Positions 33,451-47,738 of a DNA stretch of 64,000 nucleotides are shown piece after piece. The translations under genes and the position numbers were made by a program. Below the pieces are notes generated by a model. It did not search any database. It saw only the letters and a program-made list of their open reading frames with translations, and was not told the DNA's origin. Origin of the DNA: Amphiscolops sp. MND2022 (taxonomy: Eukaryota); contig OZ076409.1 of NCBI GenBank assembly GCA_964187785.1, positions 9,612,001 through 9,676,000 on the forward strand. Reading direction: 5' to 3'. Each line of letters starts with the position of its first letter. The stretch's first letter is position 1.

Positions 33451-35664
33451 GCTTGATCAAGCTTTCAGTAGGGATTCTTTCCTACACAGAGGGCACTTCA
33501 CCCAAATGATGCTGTCAGTGGTCGTTTGCCTGTAACTCACAATATGGATGATTTTTGAATATCATGAATAAGTTTGTTTTATATCAAGCTTCTAGTTCCG
33601 TTTTCCTCATTGTTGGTTTTTTCTGAAAACGAAGCCAATGTGCCAGTATTAAGCACTCGGTCGAACTTTAGCCACTTTCAGTCACTTTTGACTACGCCTC
33701 ATAGGAGGTCCCACCTTTTATGTCCCACCTAATGCCCGTCCCTTCAAGGCAGAGTGAAAAAGAGGGGTCTGAGTCCCACTAAGTCCCACTAAGAAAAACA
33801 GAAGAGTAATAGTTTCATAGCATCAAAAAACAAATCGGTGAAATGTCGGGTTCTTTTCGATATTCGTCAGTGATAATATGGGAAAATTTTGAAGTGAAAA
33901 AAACTGTCATCTTCAACTACAAATTTCAAAATCAGAAAAGTTGTGAAACTTGCCTCTCGAGGACTTTGATCCAAGCATCGCGGCACTCACTGCAGATCGC
34001 GTGGTTCTCATCAAGCGACCAAATGAAGTTGTACAGTTCCTCCCCACAAACGGCGCAGATCAGCATTCTGAGACTTCGTATGGTATTGCGTTAAGGTATT
34101 CTGATGTTCAGGTATATTTTTGATAGTGTATTGCGTTTTGAAAGTCTGATTGTCAGTGTTTTGAAGGAAGCGATCGTTTTAGTGTTTGGAGATTGAATGA
34201 TCAATGGAGCCAGATCATTGACAAAACACATCGTTACTTTACTCTGTCTTTTACTCGTAACTTGCTTTGTTTTCAGAAGTTTGTTTTGTCCTTTCACTCA
34301 AGTAACCAACTAATTAAATAATTGAAATAACGTCTTGCACTTGACCAATTAACCTTACTTTTAAATAAACTAAGTCAGTAATAACAATTTTCTAAGTTAG
34401 TGATATTAGAGAATCAAGTAAATTACCACCCAGTTTTGAAATAAAAGATGATATGCCAAAACTGCTCTCAATTTAAGTTTCGAAATACAGTGAATAAAGA
34501 ATCACAAGGAAAATACGTATTTTGAAAGAAAATTTAAATGAAAATTTTAGGTTTTAAATCAAAATGGTGTTAAACCACACCGTTCAAACCAGCGCTAATT
34601 ACCAAGCTGATTGGTATTGTTTGATTCACAGCAAGCAGCGATATCACCTGAGAGCTTCTCTTCTGTTTTAAAGTTCTAAACAGTTCTTAAAAACACCTTT
34701 TAAATAAATTTGATTTAAATTGAATTTAATTTTGAACATTTTTTGGATAACTCTGGGCCAAATCGTCCATTTTGTTCCACCGCAGCTCTAAGTGGGGGGG
34801 GGGTAAGACGTCTGGGGTCCACCACAGATTTTTTTAAAGTCGGGAAGATGGTTTAAATCACGAATCCGGATTAAGATATTTTAAATCCTATTTGTCTGTT
34901 TAAAATAAATAAAAATCATAATTTGATCAACCCTGGCACATCTTGATAGTCTATTTTGAACTCTCCAAGGGTAATACTGCAGTACATTACTACTCCAATA
35001 TGTCACCCATTCTCGTACAAAGCTTTGATTTTTCGCCCTACGTCTGGATGACAAAGTGTCACTGAATTCTTCATCGAACCTGGGTATAGGCCCGCTTCTT
35101 CCACCACATTTAAGCAACTTTTAAGCAACCGTTACGTTCAAATCGGCCACTTCAGCTAAGCCACGCTGAGCCTAGAGCCCTATGATTGTTGCTTTCCAAA
35201 AAAACTTGTTGTAATTAAGTTTTAAAGAGGCTCTTGGTTTGGAGGTTCCCAATAATTTATATTGTTGTAGATATGGTTATTTTAAATAAAATCAATATTT
35301 TATATTCCATTCAAATTAAGAATAGAAACGGACATCACCGAATTACTCAATAATATTAATAATAATAGATTAGTCGCATAAAAAACATAAAGAGGAAAGT
35401 TAATTTCATATAACAAAAATATAGCTGAATACCCGATTAAACTTTTGAACTTAAGAGTTTTTCTCTGTAATTTTCATACTTTTCCATTTTTGTTGTTTGA
35501 AAAATATTTACTCTTATGTTATTTGGGAATCCACCATCTAAAAGAAACGCAATGTGATTGGAATTAGATTGGTTTTGGTTCACTAGGAATAAGAGCTGAA
35601 AGAATGTGAATGAACACGGCATGGAGTATTTACATGTTTTGCGTATACTGTATATACTCAAGTT

Positions 35665-35875
35665 AGTTTACCGTATATAGGTGACTATGGCTCAGAGCTT
35701 CAGAATCCGCTTCTTAGATCACCGAGCCTAAACACTCTGACAACTTGAGGCTCCATCGTGACAGAATAGTCTACTTGCTCCATAAAGTCAAGGTTCATGA
35801 GGTAGGTATCTGTTGTGGCCTATCTTTAGATATCTGAGCACCTGTCCCCATTTTGTGAAAGATTGAAACGAAAAA
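35665..35875 (+). repeat. Dispersed repeat with a 5S-rRNA-like segment (candidate SINE3 relic); second copy at ~42801-42980
   Basis: Both copies share ATGGCTCAG...CCGCTT..AGATCACC.A...TAAACACTCTG...GTTCATGAGGTAGGTATCT...TAGATATCTGAGC. The 5S origin is inference. Confidence 0.5.
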
Positions 35876-37559
35876 TTCAACTTTTGAAATTAAATACACT
35901 TTTTTAAAATATGATGTAAAAGTTTATATTGGCTGATGATGTGTACAAAAATCCAATTCGGTTGCCAAAATCTGTATGTCCCACCTAATGCCCGTCCCAC
36001 CAAGGCCTAGTAAAAAGGTGTCTATGTCCCACCAACGCTAGTTGCCTCAACGCCTCAACTCGTATTGAAAAATTGAGAAACTTTCACTTGAATAGTTTTT
36101 AGCAGAAAATAGTTGCGGAGATATCGGTACCTTTTGTTCAGTCCAAATCATTTTCACAATCAGTGGTCCAATTTATTTTTTAGAGTGTGAAAAAAACTGT
36201 TTAATTATGAAATAAGTTTACCTACACGTCAGGTTTTCCTAATACGGTATGGCGAATGTAAGACTGCCTCTATAACATCAGCCATAATAAATTGCAATAA
36301 TTACATTAAAACCCAAATATTGTGGAAATTATGTGAATTATCAATTTCCATATTCTGTCACGTAAATACTTGCCACGAAAAAGATTCAAGTTTCAAAACT
36401 CAATATCATAAAGAAATCTAATCAACATCCCACATTTTGGCTCTTTGCTGTTAAAACCATCCCCCCCCCCACCGCCGATTGTTTTTGAGAAATTAGTAAA
36501 AAATATCACAAAACATAAATTATAAACCATAAACCTTTAATTCTATCTTTATTTCCATGGTGACAGTTTAGAATTAAGATACAATATTGTTGACACTATT
36601 TTGTGCAGTCACAAGAAATTCAACGACTTTCTGTTTTGAGTTGAACTTTCTTCTGTTTTATTTTTCGCGATAAATTTCCCCGAAATTATTTTTTGAATAC
36701 CCCTGCCGGAATATACTGTAAAGTATTTTGTATTTTTAACTTTTTCAAAAAGGGTCGTAGAAATTTCCATTAAACATTTTTGTGAACTAGATCAAATTCT
36801 TAAAAACTTCCATAGCTGACAATTTTTCGTATTTGTGACAGTTTCCAACAAATTTGGATTTGAAATTTGCAATTTTAAGCAGTGGAGTTGCGATATTTTA
36901 GAAAGCTACATTTACTGAATGCTACTATCATATTAATTATGACGTCACAGCAGTCCTGACACTCGGTGAAAATTCCGTTCAGTCTCGGCATGGTTCGTAA
37001 CGGATTTACAAAATTTCAACTTCGTTGACACTTGAGACTTCTCAGATTTCTCAGAATTCTTCTCCAATTAAACTTAATCAGTTTCACTCACATTCATCAT
37101 TTATTCAACACAAAAGTTTTGCAATTATTTATTTTTGAGAATAGAAATAAAATAACTGTATTTTTGGCTAAAATATTATCAAAATAACATTTTCGGTAAC
37201 CCTGATCACACCGCGTTGCTTTTTCATTAAAACTCAAATGCTTAAAATTGCAAATTTCAAATCGAAATTTCTTGAAAACTGTCACAGATACGAAAACGTG
37301 TCAGCTAGAGGAAAGTTTCTTAAAATTTTATCTAGTTTACAAAAATGTTTGTTTGAATTTTCTGCGACAAAAATTTCAAGAATTAGTAATTTGAAATTTT
37401 GACAAAATTCATTCAAGTTTGTACTTTTTCCGGATCTTCACAAAATTGAAAATATATTTTTGAAAAAATTTCAGTCAATCAATTGCCACCAAATCTCCTG
37501 ATAATTGGTTTTGAATTTTGCCATTTTATGCTATGAGGTTGCGATATTTTAGAATTGTA

Positions 37560-37785
37560 CTCCAAAACCACATCGCGATGCTATTTCAAAGAAGGTACTC
37601 GAAAATCACATCGCGTTGCTATTTCACCGAAGTTACTCGAAATCACATCGCGTTGCTATTTCATCGAAGTGCTCGAAATCACATCGCGTTGCTATTTCAG
37701 ATGAAATTACTCAAAATCACATCGCGTTGCTATTTCATCGAAGTACTCAAAATCACATCGCGTTGCTCTTTCATCGAAGTAGTTC
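37560..37785. repeat. ~37-38-bp satellite array (CTCGAAAATCACATCGCGTTGCTATTTCACCGAAGTTA), ~6 units
   Basis: Directly visible. The same unit occurs at 63113-63300 and 63708-64000. Confidence 0.95.
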
Positions 37786-40700
37786 AAGACTCAAGACTTT
37801 TTAACGCAAATGTTCTCACGATTTGTTTAATTTCAATTCCGCAACTTTCTAGGGGCCGTGAACATTGAGGCATGACCATATGGCACCTCGCTCCGCTCCT
37901 GCATTTAGGGCACTAGTAATTATACTAGTAACTGAAAATCAAGATCAGTTATTAGTACCTTTCTCATTTTGAACATTCCTGCCCTCTAATACAAAATTTC
38001 CCCCACTGTAAATGAAGAACGCCGTCGCAAAACCTTTGTATGTCCGTGCACAATGTTTATTAGTTTCGAGTTTCTAGGTAAATACCCGTTAAAAGGTATT
38101 TTGTACAATTAAAATTTTGTAAAAGTGTAGTTATTAGGGCTTCCGCTTGTTTAACAAGTAATTGTGATTTTTTTGCCTGGAATGATGCATTGAAATGTGA
38201 CGCACACTAGAAATTATTAATGAAAAAATGGAAAACACAAAACATGTCTGATTAGTTTGATATTGATTTCATAGTGCCGAACTCTAATTATATGGAAAGG
38301 TTCTTTACTACCGCGGATTAGGCCTTATACGGTTTCAGATAAGTATTTTTCCAATGAACCCTTGAAATTTTTGAAGATGAATAGACTATCTTGGGATGAA
38401 AGTCTTAAGAATATTATTACCGAAAATAATGCTTCAACTATTGCCAATTAAATGATCAAAAGCTTGCAAGTTTCTATTATTCAAATAACTGATTTTGGTT
38501 CAAATTATTTGAATTATTTGATCCCAAATAAAATTTCGGAAGCTCTGGTAGTTAGCATATTTTTGTACTAGAATTTGTAAACTTAGATTTTTGAGACCCT
38601 TCAGAGGCCACGTTCTCGCCGTGGGTCTTGTTATGGGCGACACTATGTGATCCCCTAACTGAGAGCCTCCTTAAAACTAAATTATACTGGGCAAAAATAA
38701 CCGTTGAGATTTGTAATCTCAGCTGTTATTTGTGCCCGACAAAAGATGTTCTCATTCACGTGAAACTTATCTCCAACTGCAACTGAACTTCACATGCCCA
38801 TCACACGGCGCTTGTTTTTCAGAGTTGTGAAGTTGCTTGCTAGCAGCAGGCTCAATAGCATGCTCATCAATGATGAGTCATCCCATTGCCTTTCCTACAG
38901 TAGTGTTTAACGTGCGATGGCCGTGTGATAGCAGCCGAGCATAACGTCACAACTTTTGCTTAAACAAATTCGCACCTTCCCCGAACTGTCAATGACCTTA
39001 GTTGCCACAGTGACTTCTTTAATTAGCACGTTGCGGCTATAATACTGAATTGAGTTAAAATTCAGTTTTGATGAACTTATTTCCGGCATTTGTTATAATT
39101 TTTGTTCTCCCGCATAATTCCTCTGATTTTCAAGCCGTTCTAAGTCCAAGTATCAGTACAAATTACTTTGAAGAGTTTCGAGGATATCTGGAATCACTTT
39201 TATCTTGTTTCTCCAGCTCTCTTTCTTAATATGTCATACAAAGCCTAACCTACAGGTGACCTAAATCGTTTTCTGTTGGTTAGTTAGTTTTTTGATTAAA
39301 ATCTTTCAAATTTCCACAGCACTGTTTGTATTTTTATTTCAAATTATCTGCTGAATTATTTTCTAATTGTCCAAATAAAGGTGGATTTGCAAAGAGCAAA
39401 TAAACAAAGAGAACTAAATTTCAATTAATGTATCTTGTTCCAAGCGTGAATTTATGCTATTTTGGACAATAATATCAAAAAATTATGGATTTTTTACCTG
39501 AAGTGTCCAAACAGTTGTAGAGACAATCCTTTAAGTAAAAGTATAATATTCTCTTATCAGTGAAATATTTTTATTCCAGAAGAAAATGTGCTTTCGTGTT
39601 GGGTGGGAAATTCGTACCAAGGTGTACATGGGGGGGGAGAGATGACATGGTCCGAGTTTATTGTTTCACTAGAATTATGATCTATATAAATGTAAGTCAC
39701 GGTTGTTAAAAATAAAAGGCTAATTTCTTGAAAATTGCCACAAATACAAAAAATGTCAGCAAGGAAAGTTTCTTTGAATTTTATCTAGTCTACAAAATTA
39801 TCTGAATTTTCTGCGAAAAAAAATTTGCAAATTTTTTGTGGATGAATTGCCGCCAAGTATCGTCAGGATGCTGATATAGTTGGATTGAAAAGCTTTTTCG
39901 ATTTCAAATTATAATTGTCAGCTTTCTAAAAACAATTCTTATACCCTATCTTAATACATGTACTTCAGTGCTCATAGACACAAAATATATTGTATTTCGA
40001 AACAAATTCTCGATGAAAACATCAGTAGGTTGGGGAAAATATAGCGAGTGTCCGGATGAAAAAAAGTCTAAAAACTTTGATTCTACGTTACTTAATTTTC
40101 GTGACAGTTTACCAGATATTTGGGTTTGACTTTTGACATTATAAGCATTAAAGTTGCGATATTTTAGAACGTTAGAACGCTACTGTGGAAATATGATCTA
40201 AAAGAAACAATGCAATATGAAGAATATAAACGCAAAATTGCGCACCCCTGATTAGAACTACCACAAAATGCTGTTGGCTGCAGCGTTCTTATATCTTTAT
40301 TATTTCGCAATAAAATTGCTATATGAGCTGCAACACGAGCAGACAATTCAAGGTCTTGTTGGAGTAGTCGGTTGCGCGAAAGATTGCTCTCACACTAGCT
40401 GCATAGTGAAATGGTGGTTCGAACCACGGTAGGAGCAACCGACATGGTTCATGGAATAGATACCACTGTGATTGTTGATGTTTCAATCGCCTCCACAGTA
40501 GAAATAATGCAGCGGTGTTGAGAGCAATGTTCCTTTCCACTTCCTCGCGTAGTATGATTACTCCAACCAGGCTTTTTGGAAGTACAACCTACTCATACAC
40601 TTTCATACCTGAGTCTCATACAGCAGAATTCAAACTACCAACTTTTAGTGCTGTTACAGCCAATATGTATGGAACTTGATTTCTTTGAAGAAAATTTTTC

Positions 40701-42357
40701 CCCAAACAAGAAAACTCATTCATATAAAGGTCCCTTATTGGTCAAGTTATTTGACATAAAAGGGACTATTACATGATTGTAAATCAGGGTTGGATAAAAA
40801 ACGTTTAAAAGTATTTTTATACGCTTCAAACGTTTTAAAACAGTGTTTCAAAACTGTTTCAAAACAGTCTGTTTTAAAACATGCCAACACTGTTGTATAT
40901 ATTTAGTGGATTGTGTTGAGGAAACCAGATTTAGTGGGACATAGACCCTTTTTATTATGCCTTGGTGGGACGGGCATTTGGTGGGACATAAAAGGTGGGA
41001 TCTTGTTTGAGTTAACGTAGAGAGAGAAACGCAATATGATTGAGATTAGAAGTGTATTGTATTGTTTCACTAGACGTATGATCTAAAAGAAACGCAATGT
41101 GATAGATTTGATTTGTATTGTTTCACTAGAACTTCTAGTGAAACAATACAAATCAATTCTCTATCACATTTTCACCTCAAAGAAATTTTTTTAATGACGA
41201 AGTTAATCTAATTTTCACAAAATAAAAATATTGGCACAGAGACGCAACATTTTTGTTATCCCAAAAGTTTGCTTTCGATATCAATCACCTTGCGTTTCTT
41301 TTAGATCATACCGTATATCCCGGCAAATAAGCCCCCCTCGCCAATTGTGAAAGGGAAAATGTTGATCTACGGTATGTTCGTCATATAAGCCCCCCCCCTA
41401 AATCAAGAACAATAAAAGAAAGTATAAGTTCAATAGAAAAGAAACGCAGTGTAGTTGAGGAAAGATAGTTTCAAAAAGAAGCGGAATGTGATAGAAAATA
41501 GATTCGTATTCTGTCCGATAAGCTGATGATTTGCCAATACATGTACAGTATTGTGATTAAGAAATCGTCCCACAAGCGACTTTAGGTTCTGATTTTTCGA
41601 AATTTTGAATTACATCATAAGTGAAAGTTTCTTAGACTTTCATCTAGTTTTTATTAGTGTTTTAAAAATTCTCTGCGACAAAAATTGAGAATTGTTACGA
41701 AAAGAATTTTTCGAACTATTAATCTCGAATCAAATCAGATTGAAATTAGTCCCAATTAGCATTTGGAAAATGAAATTTGATTCAAATAAATATAAACATA
41801 AAAACAAAACTGACTTCCAGGGTAAACAAAGTCCAAAAATTACTATTCGGAAAATTTTTGTTCATGTGAAGATTTTACTTTTCTGTTTAGTTATTTGTGG
41901 TTTGTGTTGACATATAAGTTAGCCCGTAAATCTTAGCCATATTTAATTTAGCCACCTTATATGTTCGCCACATACAAGTTCACCACATTTTCGGCCAATC
42001 AAATTCGATCATTCAAAATTAGGATAACGTAGTCAGATATGTTCACATACCCCTAGTGCCCTAAATGCAGGAGCGAAGCGAAGCGAAGCGGAGCGACGTG
42101 CCAAATGGCTATGCCTCAATGTTGCTACTTGGCGAAGGGAGCGAAGCGACCGAGCCATACAACAAGTATGCTAATCGCCACTAATCATAACCAAATGAAA
42201 ATATTCGCTGATATGGAATTCTTTCATTAGCTGAAATGTGGCGAAAACAAACGTGGCGATCTTATATGGTGGCTAACTTAAATGTGGCTAAATTGTAGGG
42301 GCTAACTTATACGTGGCGAACTTAAATCTGGCGAACTTACAACGGCACCGAAATTTT

Positions 42358-42633
42358 GCCAGCTAGGAAAGTTTGTTAGAATTTTATCTAGTTTACAAAA
42401 ATGTTTGTTTGAAAGGTCTGCGAGAAAAAGTGATCTGAATCTGCAAATGATTGACTGAAAATTTTGCAAAAATATATTTTTAATTTTGTATACAAACTTT
42501 GTACAGAAAAAGTACAAATTTGATTAAATTTTGTCAAAATTTCCATTTTCTAACTTTTGTAATTTTTGTCGCAAAAATTTCAAACAAACTTTTTCGTAAA
42601 CTAGATAAAATTCTAAGAAACTTTCATAGCTGA
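42358..42633. mobile_element. MITE-like element with long inverted arms (CAGCTAGGAAAGTTT..AGAATTTTATCTAGTTTAC family); fragments also near 36780, 37240-37400, 39750, 41620 and 45630
   Basis: Inverted arms visible. Multiple partial copies occur in both orientations. Confidence 0.65.
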
Positions 42634-44104
42634 CACTTTTTCGTATTTGTGACAATTTTCAAGAAATTTCGATTTGAAATTTGCAATTTTAAGCATTGGA
42701 GCTGCGATATTTTAGAACGCTATTGTACTACATCATAGAACACTACTGTACATCATCAATATAACAGTATGGTATGAGCTAAGCTATTAATATCGAATTT
42801 AGTTTACCTTATGTAGGGGAATATGGCTCAGTGCAACAGCTTCCGCTTGTCAGATCACCAAAGTTAAACACTCTGGCAGAATTGTTCAATAAAATCTAAG
42901 TTCATGAGGTAGGTATCTCCTGTCGTCTATCTGTAGATATCTGAGCCAATGTCCCCTTTTGGTATAACATTGAAACAAAAACTTAAAATGTTAAATTTTA
43001 GGACCATGTGTCTTATTCCACCAAATCAGGCGTGTTCAGTTTTAGAAGCAGCTAGACTTTGATGCAACTCGTCAGTTCAAAATTAGAAGTAAATAAATTA
43101 AACAAATAAAACAAGGCAGACACGTTACACGTACGCTAATCACAAAAACATGCTCAATCACATTGCGTTTGTTTTCAGTCGTTCAATCCTCCAGCTTTGC
43201 TACAAGCTAGCTCTAGGTTGAGAATTAATGAAAGAAATTTTCATGCTCAGTCACATGGCGTTTCTTTATCAGTTCAATTCCCATCACAACGAACCAAATT
43301 ATCATTACCGAGTTTCTTTTACCTTTTTCTGCAGTGATTTCGCTGCTTATATTCGAAGAAATACAGTAAGATATGGCTTTTATGATAAACTTTTCATGCT
43401 TAATCAGGGGCTCCGAAAAAATAATGGCCATATTATGGCACTCCAAAAATAAAAAATTTTTATTTCTCGTACAGAAAAATGAATTATTTTGATTTCTCAG
43501 CAATAAAAATAAATAATGGCCATTATGGCAAAAAGCAAAAAATATTTTTTCGACAGTTTGCACATCCCAGAATGATCTATTTACAAATAGAAAAACAGAT
43601 CCTTCAAGATGCATGGGGGTCATGTTTTGTCTCAGATACCCCTGCGTCAGTTTTGATCGGCTGAAAAGTCTTTCGCGCGTTAATTCGTCCTCTTCGCGGT
43701 CACAGACACAATGGCGGCACTCAAATGGCGGTGGTCACAAAAATAATTTTTCAATAATGGATCTGAAAAAAAAATAAATTTTATTTCTAATATCAAAAAA
43801 TAAATAATTTTTATGGAAAAATCAAAAAAATAAAAAATTAATTAAAATAATTTCGATGAGAAATTACTTTTTGGGAGCCCATGTGCTTAATGTGGCTTCT
43901 AATCGAGAAGCGAATGATTTTTATTCCATGATCTCAAAAATAAATTATTGTTATTGCTTGATTGCAGTTATTTTCATTGAAATGATTTTTTCGGTAACCT
44001 TGTATGTTGTTTGGTACGTAATCATTTTTATCAAGTGAACAACTTTAAGACCATGTCATTTATTCCACCCCCCAGGTAAAAAGAATTTGAAAAGAATCTT
44101 TAAC

Positions 44105-44530
44105 CAGGAATTGGAAAATTTTGATTGATGAACAATAAATTGCAATTTTTCAATGAAAATATTTTTATTGGGTAATTTTAAGACGTCAAAGAATTGATTG
44201 GAAAGTAGGCAATGAAAACCAATACATTGCAATTCTCTTAGCCTATTTCTCGGGCATAATTGTATAGCCAAACATAGCTAAATGAATTGAGTGCATACTT
44301 GGCAAATATTAACGTAATTCCAGGCGCTAATTTGTTGCAAATTTCGTAAAAAGCTTATTCCGAACATCATTTTTGATTGTGATAGTATGAATGAAATTTT
44401 AAATGCTTTTCGTTGAAATTAATTGCCAAATAATTGATCAATTGAATTGGAGTTTTTCGAAAAGTGCAATTAATTTTTTGTGCCATTTTTGAATATCAAT
44501 TAAATTGCAATTGATATTTTCCAATTCCTG
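44105..44530. mobile_element. hAT-type MITE
   Basis: TIRs CAGGAATTGGAAAAT / ATTTTCCAATTCCTG. 8-bp TSD TCTTTAAC/TCTTCAAC. Confidence 0.88.
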
Positions 44531-46972
44531 TCTTCAACTGATAAAGTTTGGTACATAGCAATAAATTTAGTAGCCTTGTTTGCTGCTAATGTCAAAAGAG
44601 CTGTAAAGACAACCCTATAGGTTTTTACGTTCATTTAACAGTTGCAATTTGATAGACAATGGCTTTGGGAGAAAATGACGGAAATATCCAAAACAAATTG
44701 ATCGAAACAATGCTCGAATTATCATGGCTGTCATTTCGTACTCGATTATTTGGGTCCCATAGTTTTGCAAAGGTTTGTCGATCTCTGGCACTAAACCACA
44801 AAGTTTTCTTATGCTTCCAGAAGTAGAGGGGTGACTAAAGTGTCCGCCCTTAGGGTTTTTTCAGCACTATGCGCCTTTTTTGGCGCCGACTTTTTACAAG
44901 AAGCGTCTTTTTCTTACATAAAAAAATTCATACTGGAATCGAGAAGGCTCACCTCTTTAAGCAATGGCCCTATATTTTTTTTCAAAAGAAGTGGCCATCC
45001 CACCAAGGCTTTGTAAAAAGGCGGTCTATGTCCCACTAAGTCTGCTTTGTTCAACTTGAGAAATATTTGTGATACTCTCACATTTGAACTACAGTGATAT
45101 ACAAAATATGATTGAACGAATTGGAATTAAGTTGCCGTAGCATATTAGAGTTTACGTACAAATCCAAGTGACCGAGTATTATACCTCCCGCAAAACTGCA
45201 AAAATATTTTGTTCTAGATCATTTCAAAAAGGCCTCAATATTTTAGCACCAGAGTTTTGGGTGGATCCGGAATTTTCTTGGTCCAGTTAGGGTTAACAAG
45301 CTACAGAAATAGAATTCAAGACATCGATAGATACTTTCAGCTTCTTCATCAGACTCCGAATCTATTGCTCTAACCATTCGGCTTTTAATTCTTATTTGTT
45401 TACTTTAACTCATTCATATGGCGAACCTTTTATGTCCCACCTAATGCATGTCCCACCAAAGCCTAGTAAAAAGGTGTCTATGTCCCACCAACGCTAGTTG
45501 CCTCAACGCCTCAACTCTTATTGAAAAATTGAGAAACTTTCACTTGAATAGCTTTTGGGAGATTTTTGTATAAGATAGAAACGGAATTAGTTCTTTTTTG
45601 AAATGAAATACTCTTTTTAAATTCCAAAACATTTTTGTAAACTAGATAAAATTCTAAGAAATTTTAAGCAAAGGAGTTGCGATATTTTAGAACTAACTGT
45701 ACCCAGGGGTGCAAAATAAATAGTTTATTGATACAAAATTTTCAATAAATACAAAAAAATTATTTATTTTTGCCCAAGGATTAAGTCAACATCCAACCTG
45801 CCTGAGCGACTATTTAGCTCCGTTCGTGCCGTTTTTATTGATTATCGATAATTTTGTCTTATTAGTGAAATTGTTTTATTAGAGAACAAAAAGTGCTTTC
45901 GTGTTGTGGGGGGAACACCAAATGAGATTGCAAATTTCTCAAAAACTGTCGAATTTTCCGAAATATGTTAAAAACAAAAGTTTCTTGGATTTTTGTCTAG
46001 TTTCCACTCGTCTAATAACCGGTAGATAAACAAAAACTAATCAAAACTGTTTGGCAAAAATTAAAAACTTCGGATCTTTTTTGTTCATACCCCCCTTCCC
46101 CCCCCCGCACAGTAAGCGCGGAAACTTTAATTCCCCACCACTATCAGCGATGAGTTTCAGTTGCAGTTAGAGTTATAAAATACTGCAATTTGATTGTTTG
46201 TTACTATTAATTCAATCAAAATTTCATTTGTCCGCTTAACTGGTAGGGAATAAACAGAAAAGGTTCAAAACTTGGTTGAGAAACCAACTTTTACATAGAG
46301 AGGTATTGGGAGCTAGTTTCCCCCAATATTTGCCATAGAAGTTTCAAAAAAACAAATATAAACTAGGTTAAATTTTGAGAAACTTTTATTCGAGACATTT
46401 TTCTTGAATATCAATAGTTTCAGAGATATGGGCAGAAAAATTAGGTGTTCCAAATATTATTACCAATTTGTGGTTCCATTCTTTTATCACAGGACTGTAT
46501 TACCTTGTACATGTAAGCTATAGTTTTAGGAGCAACATGTACATGTAAATTAAATAAACAAAGGCAACTTGGCAGACCCGTTACACGTATGCTCAATCTC
46601 ATTGCGCTTCTTTCCGTCGTTCAATGAACTTCAATTCTCCAGCTATGCAACAAGCTAGCTTGAGAATCAAAATAGGCGTGCTTTTCGTGGTCAATATAAC
46701 ACCTTCTCATGCTCAACCACATTGCGTTTCTTTATAATTTCTTTTCTGGATCTGATTATAACTACCACAAAATGTTGTTTTGCTGCTGCGTTCGGATAGG
46801 GTCCAGTTTTATAGGTAATGGAGGTTCATGAGGTAGGTATATATCTAGTAACCGCATCTCTTTAAAAATTGAATTAAAATTTTTGCGCTTACTATGGGGG
46901 AAGTAACAGAAAAGAACATATTTTGGTTTCAAAACCTAAATTACCTTGGACCATATGGTAGGGTGTCACGAA

Positions 46973-47398
46973 CAGGGATATGCAATAAAATATTGCAATA
47001 CTATTGCTTTTACGCAGCAAAAACTTAATATTTTTTGGCCTGCTGAATAAATTATTACAATTTTTGGTTTTGAAAAATTATTAATTGCAAATTTTTTTTG
47101 TCAAAACGCAATATTCAGAATGTTAATTATCATCAGGAATCAACAAACTTTGAACAGTTTGACTATTTTTTAATGCAGAATAATGAGGTTTGTATATGCA
47201 GTTTTCAACGCCTGTTTACGCATTACTCCACAGAAATATTAATATTAAATAATTTAGAAGTTTGACCCAGTTTTTCCGCAGTTATTTTTATAGCTAACTC
47301 CTGAAAATTAATTTTAAATAATATTTACGTCAAGGAATAAATTATTTTGAAGAAATATTGCAGTTATTTTGCAGTTAATTATTTATTGCGTATCCCTG
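46973..47398. mobile_element. hAT-type MITE
   Basis: TIRs CAGGGATATGCAATAAA / TTTATTGCGTATCCCTG. Perfect 8-bp TSD GTCACGAA. Confidence 0.93.
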
Positions 47399-47738
47399 GT
47401 CACGAAGCAGAATATTCACTAATTCTAAAAATTTCAACGCAAACGATGTCGACATAATGGTATTTGAACCTTGTGTCTTATTTTTCTACAGTTTGGGGGG
47501 GGGATTGATGACATGGTCCATTACCTTGTAATCATGTTTAAATGTCAATATTCAAATAATCAATAACAATTTTTTCAAAAAGTTTCTACTAAAACAGAAA
47601 ATCAACTGAACAAATTTTTGAAACAATTACACAAACAACTATTTTTTTATAAATGAATAGGCTGATACAAATGGAAACAAAAAACACAATAAGTGCGTGC
47701 AATTAGAGTTTTATGTTAAAGAATGATTTGTCCAAAGA

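Noticed and set aside
30140..38695. Inverted 160-bp repeat copies as TIRs of one 8.6-kb transposon
   Set aside because: No TSD or transposase lies between them, and a third copy exists at ~50297, so a dispersed repeat is the simpler explanation.
32726..45016. Numerous 60-130 aa ORFs in the AT-rich repeat region
   Set aside because: They have F/K/I/N-biased composition typical of random AT-rich frames, overlap repeats, and show no motifs.
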